Source: Patescibacteria group bacterium (GTDB lineage: Bacteria; Patescibacteriota; Microgenomatia; Levybacterales; UBA12049). From it: a stretch of 57,015 nt of DNA. How positions within the stretch are numbered: position 1 is the stretch's first letter; every line of letters starts with the position of its first letter. The DNA is taken from the NCBI GenBank assembly GCA_023485865.1, contig JAMCZC010000037.1, positions 1-57,015 of the forward strand, in the 5' to 3' direction. Position numbers and translations under genes: made by a program. Of the stretch, positions 16,252-25,088 are shown piece by piece. The notes beneath the pieces are model-generated. The model was not told where the DNA came from. It saw nothing but the letters and a program-made list of their open reading frames with translations, and searched no databases.

Positions 16252-17691
16252 ATGGATGAAAATACACTTTTCCAACCGCAAAATTTAAATCAGGGTGAGA
16301 GTGGTTATCAACCGCAACCCCAAGCTCAACCTCAAGTGCCAAATATACAAGTACCGCCCCCCCCTCCTCTGCCGCCTGAAGACAATTCCTCTTCGGGTTT
16401 CCCGTTGATGAAAATAGCAAAGCTCCTAATAGGATTTTTAGTGGTGCTTTTTTTTGCAGTAATTGTATTTACCGTTATTATTCCATTTTTTACTAAAAAC
16501 AATAATCAAAAGGTAACGCTTACTTATTGGGGGCTATGGGAAGATAGCAGGATTATGCAGGCTGCAATCTCTGATTTTCAAAGACAATACCCAAATATTA
16601 CGGTAAATTATTCAAAACAAGATATAAAGCAATACAAAGAAAGACTGGTAACAAGAATTAATAATGGCAACGGTCCGGATATTTTCCGTTTTCATAACAG
16701 CTGGTATCCAATGCTTTCGGGTATTTTGCTTCCTTTGCCAAGCGACACAATTTCAAAAAGTGATTTTAGCAAGTGGTTTTATCCCGTTATGCAAAAAGAC
16801 TTAATAAAAAACGGCGCGATATATGGTGTTCCTCTTCACATAGACACCCTTGGTCTATATGTAAATTCAGACGCTTTTAGTGCTGCAGGACTAAAGCCTC
16901 CTACCAACTGGAATGACTTTATTAGTGATTCAAAAACACTTACGGTAAAAGATGCGGATGGCAAGATAAAAACAGCAGGTGCCGCAATGGGAACCTTTGA
17001 TAATGTAAATCATGCTCCTGACATCCTTTCGCTTCTTCTAGTGCAAAATGGAGTGGTTTTAAGCAACATGGCATCAAATCCCCAAAGAGTAACGGATGCG
17101 CTGAATTTTTATACTTCTTTTGCTTTAGGAGGCGCTAGTGTATGGGATAGCACTCTAGATACATCACTTCTTGCGTTCACAAAAGGAAACTTGGCAATGT
17201 ATTTTGGTTACTCCTGGGATTATTTTGCAATAAAAGCGGCAAATCCCAATCTTAATTTTCAGGTAGTCCCGGTTCCACAGCTTCCAAATAATAATGTAAA
17301 CCTCGCAAGCTATTGGGCGGAGGGAGCTTCGGTTAAAAGCAAGCACAAGAAAGAAACGCTTCTTTTTATGAAATTTTTGGCAAATAAAAATACGCAAGAT
17401 TTATTATATTCCGAAGAAGCAAAAACCCGAAGCTTTGGAGAACTATATTCAAGGGTCGATTTGGCCGATAAATTAAAAGATAATGCCTACGTTTACCCGT
17501 TTATTCAGCAGGCTAAAACAGCCGTCTCCTCGTTTTTTGTTGATGGGACATTCGATAATGGTTTAAACACTCAAATGAATACCTATCTTGGAAATGCGGT
17601 CAACTCGATTTTTAACAATGTTTCTGCTGAAACCGCAGCTGATACTCTTTTCCAGGGAGTTTCCCAGGTGTTAAAACAGTATGGGCAGTAG
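16252..17691 (+). CDS. extracellular solute-binding protein (ABC transporter SBP family 1-like), membrane-anchored with a Pro/Gln-rich N-terminus
   Basis: 479 aa. It has QPQPQAQPQVPNIQVPPPPPLPP, then a TM helix, then an SBP-like fold signature (TLTYWGLWE...GPDIFRFHNSW...). Confidence 0.7.
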   Translation: MDENTLFQPQNLNQGESGYQPQPQAQPQVPNIQVPPPPPLPPEDNSSSGFPLMKIAKLLIGFLVVLFFAVIVFTVIIPFFTKNNNQKVTLTYWGLWEDSRIMQAAISDFQRQYPNITVNYSKQDIKQYKERLVTRINNGNGPDIFRFHNSWYPMLSGILLPLPSDTISKSDFSKWFYPVMQKDLIKNGAIYGVPLHIDTLGLYVNSDAFSAAGLKPPTNWNDFISDSKTLTVKDADGKIKTAGAAMGTFDNVNHAPDILSLLLVQNGVVLSNMASNPQRVTDALNFYTSFALGGASVWDSTLDTSLLAFTKGNLAMYFGYSWDYFAIKAANPNLNFQVVPVPQLPNNNVNLASYWAEGASVKSKHKKETLLFMKFLANKNTQDLLYSEEAKTRSFGELYSRVDLADKLKDNAYVYPFIQQAKTAVSSFFVDGTFDNGLNTQMNTYLGNAVNSIFNNVSAETAADTLFQGVSQVLKQYGQ

Positions 17692-18571
17692 TCAGGAGCA
17701 AATATTTAAAACCCTGCTCTACAGCGATATCTTTAATTATCCTCTTTCCAAAGAAGAAATCTGGAAATTTCTGATTTCCCACACAAAGCAAGATAAAAAA
17801 GAAATTTGGGAATGTCTAAATGCTAAAAATACCCTTTTTGAATCTAAAAACAGCTTATTTTTTATCAAAGGCCGGAAAAATATTGTTAACACAAGAAGAG
17901 AAAGGGAAAAATACAGTTTGCAAAAGATTGTCTTTGCCAAAAGGATCATTCAGAAGCTGGCAATAATACCAACGGTTTATTTTATAGGCATAAGCGGTGC
18001 GTTGGCAATGAAAAATTCAGACAAAGATGACGACATAGACTTATTTGTTGTTACGGCAAAAAATTCAGTTTGGACAACAAGATTATTAATGGTAATTTTC
18101 TTAAGCCTCTTAGGAGCTTACAGAAGGAAAAAAGATAAAAATGTCTCTAATAAAATATGCCTGAATATGTTTATTGACCAGACGGCCTTATCGTTTTCCA
18201 AACAAAGAAACGATTTGTATACAGCTCATGAAATTTCTCAAATAACGCCAATTTTTAACAGAGATAAAACCTATGAGAAGTTCCTTAATTCCAACGTTTG
18301 GATAAAAGAATTTCTTCCCAATGTCTTCAGTCAAAAACCGAGAGCTCCTTTTGTATCAAAAATCTCATTTATTAACAAAACCATTAGTTACTTATTAAGA
18401 ATTCCAATAACCGAGTTTTTGACAAGAAGTATTCAATTTCGGTATATGAAAAAAAACATCACGAAAGAAACGATTTCGAATAACTTTTTAGCTTTTCATC
18501 CATTTGATTATAAAGTATATGTTGTAAATAATTATAAAAAGAAAATTGCCAAATACGTATATAGTGTTTAA
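17681..18571 (+). CDS. hypothetical protein with a possible Pol-beta-type nucleotidyltransferase motif
   Basis: 296 aa. GISGALAMKNSDKDDDIDLFVV resembles the G[SG]-x(n)-DxD minimal nucleotidyltransferase motif. Confidence 0.45.
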   Translation: MGSSQEQIFKTLLYSDIFNYPLSKEEIWKFLISHTKQDKKEIWECLNAKNTLFESKNSLFFIKGRKNIVNTRREREKYSLQKIVFAKRIIQKLAIIPTVYFIGISGALAMKNSDKDDDIDLFVVTAKNSVWTTRLLMVIFLSLLGAYRRKKDKNVSNKICLNMFIDQTALSFSKQRNDLYTAHEISQITPIFNRDKTYEKFLNSNVWIKEFLPNVFSQKPRAPFVSKISFINKTISYLLRIPITEFLTRSIQFRYMKKNITKETISNNFLAFHPFDYKVYVVNNYKKKIAKYVYSV

Positions 18572-18583
18572 TACTAGAGGTCA

Positions 18584-18612
18584 TTGACAAAGGTGTCGTT
18601 TTCTTATATTAT
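18584..18612 (+). promoter_or_regulatory. sigma70-like promoter TTGACA-N17-TATTAT upstream of greA
   Basis: TTGACA lies at 18584-18589 and TATTAT at 18607-18612, separated by an exact 17-nt spacer. Confidence 0.55.
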
Positions 18613-18645
18613 TCGATAAATTAATCGTATTTATCCAAAATTTTC

Positions 18646-18675
18646 CCTCAAGTGATTTGTGAGGGTTTTATTTTA
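18646..18675 (+). terminator. intrinsic-terminator-like hairpin inside the greA leader
   Basis: The CCCTCA / TGAGGG stem (18646-18651 and 18661-18666) is followed by TTTTATTTT. It lies between the promoter and the greA ATG at 18692. Confidence 0.45.
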
Positions 18676-18691
18676 AATAAGGCTTAGAAAT

Positions 18692-19165
18692 ATGGACAGT
18701 AAAAAAATTTATCTAACAAAAGAAGGTCTTCAAGAACTCAAAAAAGAGTTTGAAAAGCTTTCAAAAACAAAAAGGCCGGATGTTTTATCGAGAGTGTCGC
18801 AAGCAAGAAGCATGGGCGATCTTTCCGAGAACGCAGAATATGTTGCCGCAAGAGACGAACTATCATTTATTGACGGCAGAATAGATGAGTTGGAAGAGCT
18901 TCTAAAGCAAGCAGTCATTATAGCTGAAAGCGGAAGCAAGAATTCAAACCATGTTGTAAAATTGGGTTCAAAAGTGACATTAACTGTAAAAGGAAAAAAG
19001 GAAGATTTTATGGTTGTAGGCGAATGGGAAGCAGACCCGCAAGAGAAAAAGATTTCTCATGAGTCTCCTTTGGGTAAAGCACTTATTGGTAAAAAAATTG
19101 GGGAAAAAGTTGAAGTAGAGGCGCCTGCCGGAAAAGTTCTTTACACAATCGTTTCCGTCAATTAA
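18692..19165 (+). CDS. greA: transcription elongation factor GreA
   Basis: 157 aa with an N-terminal coiled coil containing RSMGDLSENAEYVAARDE and a C-terminal ISHESPLGKALIGKKIGE. Confidence 0.93.
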   Translation: MDSKKIYLTKEGLQELKKEFEKLSKTKRPDVLSRVSQARSMGDLSENAEYVAARDELSFIDGRIDELEELLKQAVIIAESGSKNSNHVVKLGSKVTLTVKGKKEDFMVVGEWEADPQEKKISHESPLGKALIGKKIGEKVEVEAPAGKVLYTIVSVN

Positions 19166-19201
19166 AATAAACCTAAGGTTAAAAATTTTATCCTCAAATT
19201 T

Positions 19202-20215
19202 ATGGCAAAAAATACGATGCTGGCAATTCTTAAGGAAAAAAAGGGACCAGGCGTTACTCTTAAAGAAGTTCCAGTTTCCGAAACTCCGAAGGGAGAAGTT
19301 AAAGTAAAGGTAATCTATGCTTCAATTTGCGGAACAGATGTCGGCATATACGATTGGACTCCATGGGTTGCAGAAAAATTAACCCCCCCTATTATTATTG
19401 GACATGAAGTTGTTGGAGAAATCATCGAAATAAATGGCCAAGCGCCACGTCTAAAAAAGGGCGATATTGTTTCTTCGGAAACCCATATTTTCGATAACAC
19501 TTGTTATCAGTGCCGCATTAACAATAGGCACATCTGCGAAAACGTTCAGTTTTTTGGTTACGGAAGAAACGGCGGGTTTTCGGAATACGCCACAATTCCA
19601 ATTCATACTACCTGGAAGAATGATTCGCGCATTCCCTTGGAGGCGATGAGCGTTCAGGAGCCACTCGGCAACTCGGTCAATGTAATAACCAAGGCAGGCG
19701 TTGCGGGTAAAAAAGTGCTTATCATGGGATTAGGACCAACCGGTTTATGCGCGGGTATGGTTGCCAAAGTGTATGGAGCATCAGAAGTGGTTGGCTTAAA
19801 CAGAAGAGAATATCGACGCAAACTTGCTAAGCAAATTGGTTTTGACAGAGTGTTGGAAACATTACCGGAAAAAGAATATGGTACGTTTGATGTGGTTTGT
19901 GAGATGAGCGGGAATATTGACACGATTCAAATTGCTCTTAATGCCGCACGTATAGCCGGTAAAATTATTGCTTTCGGAACGCCTAAAAAAAATGTTGAAT
20001 TTGACTGGGGTGTTCTTATCAATAAAGAAATAACCATAGAATCTGTATTTGGCCGCCGTATTTGGGAAACATGGTATCAAACTTCAGACTTGCTTATCAG
20101 CGGAAAGATTGATCTTCGTAAAATTATAACCCACCGCTTTAAATTAGCGGAATTTGAGAAAGCAATGGGAGTTATGAAATCAGGAGAGTGCGGAAAGATA
20201 ATGTTAATTCCATGA
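19202..20215 (+). CDS. tdh: L-threonine 3-dehydrogenase (Zn-dependent MDR family)
   Basis: 337 aa with [16 protein letters not shown], a structural-Zn Cys cluster [12 protein letters not shown], and GLGPTG. It is translationally coupled to kbl. Confidence 0.8.
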   Translation: MAKNTMLAILKEKKGPGVTLKEVPVSETPKGEVKVKVIYASICGTDVGIYDWTPWVAEKLTPPIIIGHEVVGEIIEINGQAPRLKKGDIVSSETHIFDNTCYQCRINNRHICENVQFFGYGRNGGFSEYATIPIHTTWKNDSRIPLEAMSVQEPLGNSVNVITKAGVAGKKVLIMGLGPTGLCAGMVAKVYGASEVVGLNRREYRRKLAKQIGFDRVLETLPEKEYGTFDVVCEMSGNIDTIQIALNAARIAGKIIAFGTPKKNVEFDWGVLINKEITIESVFGRRIWETWYQTSDLLISGKIDLRKIITHRFKLAEFEKAMGVMKSGECGKIMLIP

Positions 20216-21408
20216 GTATCAGCGATTTTTATAAGCAACTTGAAGAAGTAACAAAGGCGGGAAAACCTCCGCGAGTTATTGAGTCGGGGCAAGGAGCATA
20301 TCTTACAATCGGCGGGGTAAAAAAACTTAATTTTTGCTCTAGCCATTATCTTGGGCTCGCTGAGCATCCGAGAGTAAAGAAAGCAGCGCAAGACGCAATT
20401 GAGAAATATGGATTAGGGACAGGTTATCGAACTTTGGCAGGAACTCATATTCTTCATCTGGAACTTGAAAAAGCGATAGCAAAGTTTAAGGGGACAGAGG
20501 CCGCAGTTGTTTTTTCCAGTGCCTACATGGCTAATGCGGCAGCAATACAAACAATTATCAGTAAGGAAGATATTGTAATTTCGGATGAACTAAATCATGC
20601 ATCAATAATAGATGCGGTAAGACTTTCCGGAGTAAAAAATAAATTCATTTATAAACATGGAGACGCAAAAGACTTGGAGATACAGCTTAAGGAAGCCGAA
20701 AAAATTGTCAGGCAACCAAAAACTGACGGAAATAAGCCCTTAATATTAATTGTCACGGATGGAGTTTTTTCCATGGACGGAGATTTAGCGCCGCTTCCCG
20801 AAATTGTAAAGTTGGCAGAAAAATATCAGGCGTTGACAATGGTTGATGATGCTCATGGTGAAGGAGTGATGGGACGGGGAGGAAGAGGAGTGGTTGACCA
20901 TTTTGGATTGGTTGGAAAAATTGACATAGAAATTGGGAGTCTTTCAAAAGCTTTTTCCGTGATAGGCGGATTTATCGCCGGTAAAAAAACATTGATTGAC
21001 TACTATAACCTAAAGGCAAGACAGAGACTTTTTTCAATTGCCTTAACGATTCCTGATACAGCGGCTTCTTTAGAGGCAATAAACATCTTACTTGAGTCAG
21101 ATGAGTTAGTTAAAAAACTTTGGGATAATACAAATTATCTTAGGGGCGAGTTCAAAAAATTAGGTTTTGATACGGGTCATCCGGAAAGTCCAATTACTCC
21201 GGTAATGTTGCCAAGCGAAGACATTGCGAAAGAGTTTAGTGCAAAACTTTTTGAAGAAGATGTTTTTGCAACCCCTATTGTTTTTCCAATGGTTCCTAAA
21301 GGAAAAGCCAGAATCCGTGTTATTCCTTCGGCTTCGCATTCAAGAAAAGATTTAGATTTTGGAATTAAAGCTTTTGCAAAAGTGGCAAAAGAACTAAAAG
21401 TGCTATAG
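20212..21408 (+). CDS. kbl: glycine C-acetyltransferase (2-amino-3-ketobutyrate CoA ligase)
   Basis: I chose the ATG at 20212, which overlaps the tdh TGA in an ATGA arrangement; the ORF track extends to 20188. It has DDAHG and the PLP-lysine motif GSLSKAF. Confidence 0.8.
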   Translation: MSISDFYKQLEEVTKAGKPPRVIESGQGAYLTIGGVKKLNFCSSHYLGLAEHPRVKKAAQDAIEKYGLGTGYRTLAGTHILHLELEKAIAKFKGTEAAVVFSSAYMANAAAIQTIISKEDIVISDELNHASIIDAVRLSGVKNKFIYKHGDAKDLEIQLKEAEKIVRQPKTDGNKPLILIVTDGVFSMDGDLAPLPEIVKLAEKYQALTMVDDAHGEGVMGRGGRGVVDHFGLVGKIDIEIGSLSKAFSVIGGFIAGKKTLIDYYNLKARQRLFSIALTIPDTAASLEAINILLESDELVKKLWDNTNYLRGEFKKLGFDTGHPESPITPVMLPSEDIAKEFSAKLFEEDVFATPIVFPMVPKGKARIRVIPSASHSRKDLDFGIKAFAKVAKELKVL

Positions 21409-21417
21409 AATTCTCTT

Positions 21418-22404
21418 ATGACCAAGTATAAGTTGGTTGTTTGCGGGGGAACGTTTGACTTATTGCATAAAGGACATAAGACTTTTCTTAAAAAGGTTTT
21501 TGATAGTTCAGACAAGGTTTTTTTAGGAATAACAAGTAATTTGTATACTCAGTCCATCAAAAAGAGTCCGCAAATAGAGGATTTTGAGATAAGAAAGCAG
21601 GCTGTTGAACAATTTTTAGACTCAATAAATGTTTCAGAAAGAGTTCGAATTACCTCAATTGACAATGCTTATGAACCCTATTTGGAAACTTCAACTGATT
21701 ATCAGGTGATTGCAGTAACTCCACAAACCCGGCAGACAGCTTTGGATATTAATTTAAGAAGAAAACAAAATGATGTTTCTCAATTGGATATTTTGGTTAT
21801 TCCAATGGAGTTAGCGCAAGACGGAAAAGAAATTTCCTCGACAAGGATACGAAACGGCGAAATTAATAGAGACGGGAGACTTTATATGAAATCCGAATGG
21901 CTGGCCGGTAAATTAGTTCTTCCCAAGAATCTAAGAACAGAACTCCATAAGCCATTTGGGGAAGTTTTAAACGATATTCCAAAAGATTTGGACGGGCAAG
22001 AAATTGTAACAATTGGAGATATTACAACTCAAAGATTTAATCAAAATAATGTCGGACAATTTCTATCAATAATTGATTTTTTTGTTCATCGCCAAGTAAA
22101 ATTTCACCAGCTTTCGGAATTAGGCTTTGACAATCAGGATTTTCTAAAAGTAGAAAATCTCCGTGGAACAATTACGCCGGAGCTTTTCACTTCAATACGA
22201 AATGTTTTTAAAACAAAAGAAGAGAAAATAATTTTGGTTGCAGGTGAGGAGGATTTGGCGGTTTTGCCGGTTTTACTTATCGCTCCTTTGGGATATTCTG
22301 TTTTTTACGGTCAGCCCAATGAAGGATTAGTCCGAGTTGACGTTACTGAAGAAAATAAAGAAAAAGCTTATCACTTGGCAGAAAAGTTTAATTTGGAAAA
22401 ATAG
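21418..22404 (+). CDS. fusion of an archaeal-type phosphopantetheine adenylyltransferase-like domain with a DUF359 (GTP-dependent dephospho-CoA kinase) domain
   Basis: 328 aa. The N-terminus has GGTFDLLHKGH and ISSTRIR (cytidylyltransferase fold). The C-terminus has IGDITT...GEEDLAVLPVLL...YGQPNEGLV, which I recall as DUF359 signatures. Confidence 0.65.
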   Translation: MTKYKLVVCGGTFDLLHKGHKTFLKKVFDSSDKVFLGITSNLYTQSIKKSPQIEDFEIRKQAVEQFLDSINVSERVRITSIDNAYEPYLETSTDYQVIAVTPQTRQTALDINLRRKQNDVSQLDILVIPMELAQDGKEISSTRIRNGEINRDGRLYMKSEWLAGKLVLPKNLRTELHKPFGEVLNDIPKDLDGQEIVTIGDITTQRFNQNNVGQFLSIIDFFVHRQVKFHQLSELGFDNQDFLKVENLRGTITPELFTSIRNVFKTKEEKIILVAGEEDLAVLPVLLIAPLGYSVFYGQPNEGLVRVDVTEENKEKAYHLAEKFNLEK

Positions 22405-22407
22405 TAT

Positions 22408-22436
22408 TTGACAAAATTTATTATTAATGAGAAAAT
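22408..22436 (+). promoter_or_regulatory. promoter TTGACA-N17(TGa)-GAAAAT
   Basis: TTGACA lies at 22408-22413 and TGaGAAAAT at 22428-22436. Confidence 0.4.
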
Positions 22437-22453
22437 TTACTCCTGTTAAGAAA

Positions 22454-22522
22454 ATGAAAATTAACGATTTTTCTAAGAAGTCCAAGAAGAACCTCTCTCC
22501 GAGGGGATTTGTCTTGGCGTAA
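22454..22522 (+). CDS. candidate 22-aa leader peptide MKINDFSKKSKKNLSPRGFVLA
   Basis: ATG...TAA with no clear SD. Its 3' codons form the upstream arm of an antiterminator-like helix (see findings). Confidence 0.3.
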   Translation: MKINDFSKKSKKNLSPRGFVLA

Positions 22523-22546
22523 TTAACGTTTTTTAGAAAAAGACAA

Positions 22547-22568
22547 CCCCTCAAAGGAGGGGTTTTTT
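22547..22568 (+). terminator. rho-independent terminator hairpin CCCCTC-AAAG-GAGGGG followed by T6
   Basis: Read directly from the sequence. An A-run upstream would make it bidirectional. Confidence 0.7.
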
Positions 22569-22666
22569 AGTGCTTGTCCGCCGATAAATCGCGCCATGAA
22601 CCGCGTTAGGATAGAACTGAAAAAGGTGAATGGCAAGATAAGGCGGGGGAAAGGAGGTGAAAAATT

Positions 22667-23203
22667 ATGAGAGAAGCTAGAATGGCAAGGCAAATGGGAA
22701 TACAAAGAGGAGAAAGACATCCTGCTGTGAGTATTCATGCAGGGACTACTATTGTTCCATGTGCACAAAGAGCGGAAACCTTACCAGTAACGCTAGCGCC
22801 TTTTAAAGACCATAGTAGACTCGCTTTTGTTGCATCAACCATTAGAAGTAGATCTGCTTTACAAGACGCAGCAAGTAGCTTAAGTTTGGAAGATAGTCAA
22901 AGATTAAATGTTGCGATGGGAAGAGTAATGGAAGGATTTTTAGATACTGGTATACTAAAAAGCGATGCGGTATTTAAATCGACACAAGACGGCAAACCCG
23001 ATATTCATGTGATTATATTAGGAAATCCTTATCAAGATAGTAGTCTAAGATTATACTTTCATAAAGGCGAACATAATGGTGTTCCCGTTTTATTTCAGGA
23101 TGCGCGGACAACAAAAAAAAGTGCCGAAAGAGTTGAGAGAGCATTTAGGCAAGAAGCAGGATATCAGCCTCCACGGGACTGGGATATTAAAAGGAGGAAT
23201 TGA
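22667..23203 (+). CDS. hypothetical protein (no family recognised)
   Basis: 178 aa with a perfect SD (GGAAAGGAGGTGA) 7 nt upstream. GC is higher than in the flanking genes. Confidence 0.6.
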   Translation: MREARMARQMGIQRGERHPAVSIHAGTTIVPCAQRAETLPVTLAPFKDHSRLAFVASTIRSRSALQDAASSLSLEDSQRLNVAMGRVMEGFLDTGILKSDAVFKSTQDGKPDIHVIILGNPYQDSSLRLYFHKGEHNGVPVLFQDARTTKKSAERVERAFRQEAGYQPPRDWDIKRRN

Positions 23204-23279
23204 ACAAAGTTTAAGGCTTTTATAATTTGCTCTTATTAGAAAATAATCCGATAAGCGAAAAAGGAGGTGATTAAAAGTT

Positions 23280-23507
23280 ATGTCAGTAGAATTTGATCCA
23301 AGATTCGTAGCTCTATTGGAAGCAGAGCAACAAAGGCTTGTTTTTGGATCTTCTAAAGAACAAACCGCAGGTCCAGGTTCATCGTCAGTTCGAAGGTCGG
23401 GAGATGGTTTTGGCGGACGTTTTTCTGAATCTTCAGAACTTAATGCCGGATTTAGGGCTCGAAATACACACTCGAGTATGGATGAGAGAGCTCATGCCGG
23501 AGCTTAA
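23280..23507 (+). CDS. hypothetical small Gly/Ser/Arg-rich protein (no family recognised)
   Basis: 75 aa with a perfect SD (AAAAAGGAGGTGA) 8 nt upstream. An overlapping alternative frame (23338-23520) has no SD. Confidence 0.45.
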   Translation: MSVEFDPRFVALLEAEQQRLVFGSSKEQTAGPGSSSVRRSGDGFGGRFSESSELNAGFRARNTHSSMDERAHAGA

Positions 23508-23549
23508 AACACTTTTATAATCTTCTGTTATCCTGTAGAATATCATTGT

Positions 23550-25088
23550 ATGTTTTGGGCCGACGAAGTAGCGCTCGAATTAAAAAAAAGAAAATTGCCG
23601 CTTGAGTGGGTCGATGACATGAAAACGCCAAGCGGTAAAATTCATGTTGGGGCTTTGCGAGGAGTGGTAATTCACGATTTGGCATACAAGACCCTAAAAG
23701 ACGCCGGTGTTAATGCCAAATACACTTACATTTTTGATAATCATGATCCAATGGACTCCTTACCGATTTATCTTCCCAAAGAAAAATTTGAAAAATATAT
23801 GGGAGTGCCTCTTTATAAAATTCCATCTCCGGAGATTGGTTTTGCAAATTATGCCGAGTTTTATGCAAAAGATTTTATTAGTGTATTTACAAAAATAGGT
23901 TGCACTCCTGAAATTTTATGGGCAACCGAGCTTTATGAAAGCGGCAGAATGAACGATTCTATAAAAGAAATTTTGGATAAAACAGAGGAGGTAAAAAAAA
24001 TTTATGAAGAGCTTTATAAAAAACCGTTAGCTAAAGACTGGTATCCTTTTCAAGTTTATTGTATAAAATGCGGTAAAGTATCAACTACCAAAGTTATCGA
24101 TTGGGATGGTAAAGAGGTTAAATTTGTATGCAGTGTCGACCGTCTTGAATGGACAAAAGGATGTGGATATGAAGGAAAAACCAGCCCTTTCAGCTCCAAA
24201 GAAAATATTGTCGGAAAACTTCCCTGGAAAATAGAGTGGGCAGTAAAATGGAAAGTTGTCGGTATAACCGTTGAAGGGGCGGGGAAAGACCATATGAGTA
24301 AAGGCGGCTCCCATGATTTGGCAGATGAAATATGCAAAAGAATTATAAAATATCCTACCCCCTTTCCTTTAGGTTATGAATTTTTTCTTATAGGCGGGAA
24401 AAAAATGTCTTCTTCAAAAGGATTAGGTTCATCAGCCGCCGAAATGCTTGATATTTTACCGGCCGAGATTTTGCGGTTTTTAATGGTAAAAACAAAATTA
24501 AGCAGAGCAATAGATTTTGATCCAGGCGGCTACACAATACCTAATCTTTTCGACGAATATCAAAAATCGGCAGATGCGTATTTTTCTCGATCCGTTCCCG
24601 GAGGAAATAAGACAAACGATGACTTGGCGAGAATTTTTGAACTCTCGCAAATCTCAAAAGTTATTAAACCGCCAACAGTTAGGTTTTCGGTTCTTTGTCA
24701 GTGGGTGCAAATGCCCAACATGGGAGAGGAAATTAAAAAAGAAGGACTCGGGCTTTGGGCAAAATATGCTAGGGTTTGGGTTGATAAATTTGCTCCGGAA
24801 AATGAGAAGTTTTCGGTAAAAAACGAATTACCAAAAGAGGCTAGAAATTTATCGAGGGAGCAAAAAAAAACATTGTTAAGAATCGCGGAAGAATTAGATA
24901 AAAAGTGGACCGGCGACGAATTCCAAACAAGGATTTACGATTTGGGAAAAGAAATGGGCTTAAGCGGAAAAGAAACATTTGCCGCAATATATATTTCATT
25001 AATCGGTAAAGACCACGGACCAAAAGCCGCGTGGTTAATCCTTTCGCTTGATAAAGATTTCGTAAAAAAAAGATTTACTGAGGTTTAG
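23550..25088 (+). CDS. lysK: lysine--tRNA ligase, class I (archaeal-type)
   Basis: 512 aa with the HIGH-like motif SGKIHVGALRG and the KMSKS-like motif KMSSSKG. A TAGAAT -10 lies 8 nt before the ATG. Confidence 0.9.
   Translation: MFWADEVALELKKRKLPLEWVDDMKTPSGKIHVGALRGVVIHDLAYKTLKDAGVNAKYTYIFDNHDPMDSLPIYLPKEKFEKYMGVPLYKIPSPEIGFANYAEFYAKDFISVFTKIGCTPEILWATELYESGRMNDSIKEILDKTEEVKKIYEELYKKPLAKDWYPFQVYCIKCGKVSTTKVIDWDGKEVKFVCSVDRLEWTKGCGYEGKTSPFSSKENIVGKLPWKIEWAVKWKVVGITVEGAGKDHMSKGGSHDLADEICKRIIKYPTPFPLGYEFFLIGGKKMSSSKGLGSSAAEMLDILPAEILRFLMVKTKLSRAIDFDPGGYTIPNLFDEYQKSADAYFSRSVPGGNKTNDDLARIFELSQISKVIKPPTVRFSVLCQWVQMPNMGEEIKKEGLGLWAKYARVWVDKFAPENEKFSVKNELPKEARNLSREQKKTLLRIAEELDKKWTGDEFQTRIYDLGKEMGLSGKETFAAIYISLIGKDHGPKAAWLILSLDKDFVKKRFTEV

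Noticed and set aside
23338-23520. A 60-aa alternative-frame ORF overlapping the 75-aa ORF.
   Set aside because: It has no SD and an internal position. The 23280 ORF has a perfect AAGGAGGTGA at the correct spacing. I cannot fully exclude the alternative frame without comparative data.
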